Part shown: in pieces, positions 27,800 through 29,546 of the stretch
Layout of the letters: each line of letters opens with the position of its first letter
How positions within the stretch are numbered: position 1 is the stretch's first letter
Assembly (NCBI GenBank): GCA_035536495.1
Contig: DATLNY010000127.1
Coordinates: 1 to 29,546 of the forward strand
Source of the DNA: Candidatus Saccharimonadia bacterium
Lineage (GTDB): Bacteria > Pseudomonadota > Gammaproteobacteria > Xanthomonadales > Ahniellaceae
Direction of reading: 5' to 3'
Length of the DNA stretch: 29,546 nt
Notes under the pieces: generated by a model
The model's database searches: none
Told to the model about the DNA's origin: nothing
What the model saw: only the letters and a program-made list of their open reading frames with translations
Position numbers and translations under genes: made by a program

Positions 27800-28717
27800 A
27801 TGGGCAAGACGAGTGGCCCGCCCGAGGAAGAGCGCCGCGCACGCGAAGGGCGCGGCGCGGACGACGAGCGCGACGAACGCGATGGCCACGGCGATCTCGG
27901 CGTGCGCGGGCGCGCTCGCGATGCGCTCGAGCGACTCGAAGGCGTGATCGAGGCCGACGTCGCCGAGGCACGCGCCGTCGCACCGCTCGTCGAGGATGCC
28001 GAGGCCGTCTCGCGCTCGTTGCGCGATCGCGCGATGCGCTGGCTGCCGGTCGCGGGAATCGCTCTGCTCGCGGCGATCGTCGTCGGCAGCGGCGCCTACG
28101 AGCAGCTCACGCTCGCGAACCTCTCCGAACACCATGGGCGGCTGCTGGCGTGGGTCAGCGCGCGTCCCGTGCTCGCCGCGCTCGCGTTGGTCGCGAGCAT
28201 CGCGACGATCCTCTCGACCGGCCTGCCGGGCGGCGTCGTGTTCACCGTCGCGGCGGGGCTGTTCTTCGGAACCGTCATCGGCGGGCTGCTCGCCGCGGTC
28301 GGCGACGTCATCGGCGGGACGATCCTCTACTTCGCGGCGCGGCAGTTCTTCGCGAGCGGGTCGAAGCCGCCCGCGATGGTCGATCGGATCCGCGCGGGCT
28401 TCGCGCGCAACCCGGTCAGCTTCGCGTTCTTCATCCGGCTCGTGCCGGTGTTTCCGTTCGGCGCGATCAGCGTCGCGCTCGCCTGGCTCGGCTGCCGCTT
28501 CCCGCTGTTCCTGGTCGCGACGACGCTCGGCGTGCTCCCGAGCTGCTTCGTCTACGCAGCGCTCGGCGCGGGGCTTTCGACCTCGATCACCGAGCGGCGC
28601 GACCTCGAGCTCTCGTTGTTCGCCGAGCCGCGCTTCGCGATCCCGCTGCTCGCGCTCGCGGTGCTCGCGCTGATTCCCGTCATGCTCGGTTTCAGGCGCG
28701 GCAAGCCTGCCGCGTGA
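27800..28717 (+). CDS. TVP38/TMEM64 (DedA/SNARE-associated) family membrane protein
   Basis: GLPGGVVFTVAAGLFFG, GDVIGGTILYFAAR, and FFIRLVPVFPF (RLxP motif); GGGAGG RBS 9 nt before ATG 27800. Confidence 0.88.
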   Translation: MGKTSGPPEEERRAREGRGADDERDERDGHGDLGVRGRARDALERLEGVIEADVAEARAVAPLVEDAEAVSRSLRDRAMRWLPVAGIALLAAIVVGSGAYEQLTLANLSEHHGRLLAWVSARPVLAALALVASIATILSTGLPGGVVFTVAAGLFFGTVIGGLLAAVGDVIGGTILYFAARQFFASGSKPPAMVDRIRAGFARNPVSFAFFIRLVPVFPFGAISVALAWLGCRFPLFLVATTLGVLPSCFVYAALGAGLSTSITERRDLELSLFAEPRFAIPLLALAVLALIPVMLGFRRGKPAA

Positions 28718-28742
28718 GTCCCGCACGGCGTCCGTAGCGACG

Positions 28743-29546
28743 TCACGACAGCCGACGCGACAGTGCCGGCACCCGCCCGGCGAATCCACTCGCCTGCAGC
28801 GCGAACTCGCGCCTCAGCGGCGCGATGCTCGCCGCGAGCGAAAGTCCCGTGCCGCGCAGCCACGCGATCCCCGGCGACTGCGAACGGAACAGTCGGTCGA
28901 GCAGCTCGAACGCGCGCGCTGCGAGCGCGTTGTCCGCTCGGCGCCAGCGCTCGTAGCGCGCGAGCGTCGCGGGTGCGCCGAGCTCGTCGCGGCCGGCGTC
29001 GGCGAGCACCTCGCAAAGCGCGGCGACGTCGAGCAGGCCGAGGTTGAGCCCCTGCCCCGCCAGTGGCAGCACGACGTGCGCGGCATCGCCGACGAGCACG
29101 ACGCGCTCGGCCGCGTAGCGCGGCGCGAGCATCGGCGCGAGCGGAAACGCCGCGCGCGCGGAGCACGCAACGATTGCACCGAGCCGATGCTCGAACGCGG
29201 CGCCGACGCAAGTCCTGAACGCGTCGTCGTCGAGCCCGAGCAGCTCGTCGGCGCGCGCATCGGCGAGCGACCACACGATGCTGCATTCGCCGTTCGACAG
29301 CGGCAGGAACGCGAGCGGTCCGTCGCTCGTGAATCGCTGCCATGCCGTCGATTCGTGCGGCCGTTCGGTCCGCAGGTTCGCGACGAGCGCGCGCATGCCG
29401 CTTCCAACGGCATCGACTGGTGGGTCGAGCCCCGACAACGCGCGCAAGGTCGACCGCGCGCCGTCGGCGGCGACCGCGAGTTGCGCGGCAAGCCGCGTTC
29501 CGTCGGCGAGCGCGAGCCGCGCGCGGCCGCGGTCCACGTCGACCGA
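28743..29546 (-). CDS. UbiH/UbiF/VisC-family FAD-dependent ubiquinone hydroxylase, partial (5' end outside window)
   Basis: VAADGARSTLR, AWQRFTSDGPLAFLPL, CSIVWS, RVVLVGDAAHVVLPLAGQGLNLGLLD. The frame stays open to the window edge. Confidence 0.9.
   Translation of the reverse strand, partial: SVDVDRGRARLALADGTRLAAQLAVAADGARSTLRALSGLDPPVDAVGSGMRALVANLRTERPHESTAWQRFTSDGPLAFLPLSNGECSIVWSLADARADELLGLDDDAFRTCVGAAFEHRLGAIVACSARAAFPLAPMLAPRYAAERVVLVGDAAHVVLPLAGQGLNLGLLDVAALCEVLADAGRDELGAPATLARYERWRRADNALAARAFELLDRLFRSQSPGIAWLRGTGLSLAASIAPLRREFALQASGFAGRVPALSRRLS

Overview
High-GC (roughly 70%) bacterial window, most consistent with Xanthomonadales/Rhodanobacteraceae on gene content, REP types and a C-terminal 'IFxxGFE' tail. 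Left to right: (1) a >1158-aa membrane protein on the minus strand that runs off the left edge and is missing from the ORF track; an orphan Pycsar-effector-like (DUF5706) membrane protein; a lipoprotein esterase. (2) An ahpD-ahpC / oxyR divergon, a hypothetical protein, apt, yajQ, a hemerythrin and a secreted protein. (3) The most interesting block, 10.7-16.3 kb: a cNMP-binding/GGDEF diguanylate cyclase, a membrane class III nucleotidyl cyclase with an extracytoplasmic TPR region, a SagB-like peptide dehydrogenase and an NHLP-like precursor peptide. No YcaO, peptidase or transporter is present. I infer a peptide -> cNMP -> c-di-GMP signalling cascade. (4) DUF2007, DUF3253, glnS, a 10-Cys lipoprotein and a nucleoside deaminase. 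(5) A toxin-antitoxin-like small protein + nucleotidyltransferase pair, then rlmM. (6) A ~1750-aa multidomain ExeM/NucH-type extracellular nuclease with a frameshifting deletion that removes its C-terminal motif. (7) A TVP38/DedA protein and a partial UbiH/UbiF-family hydroxylase. No rRNA, tRNA, CRISPR array or transposase was seen. All family assignments come from motif recognition, not database searches.
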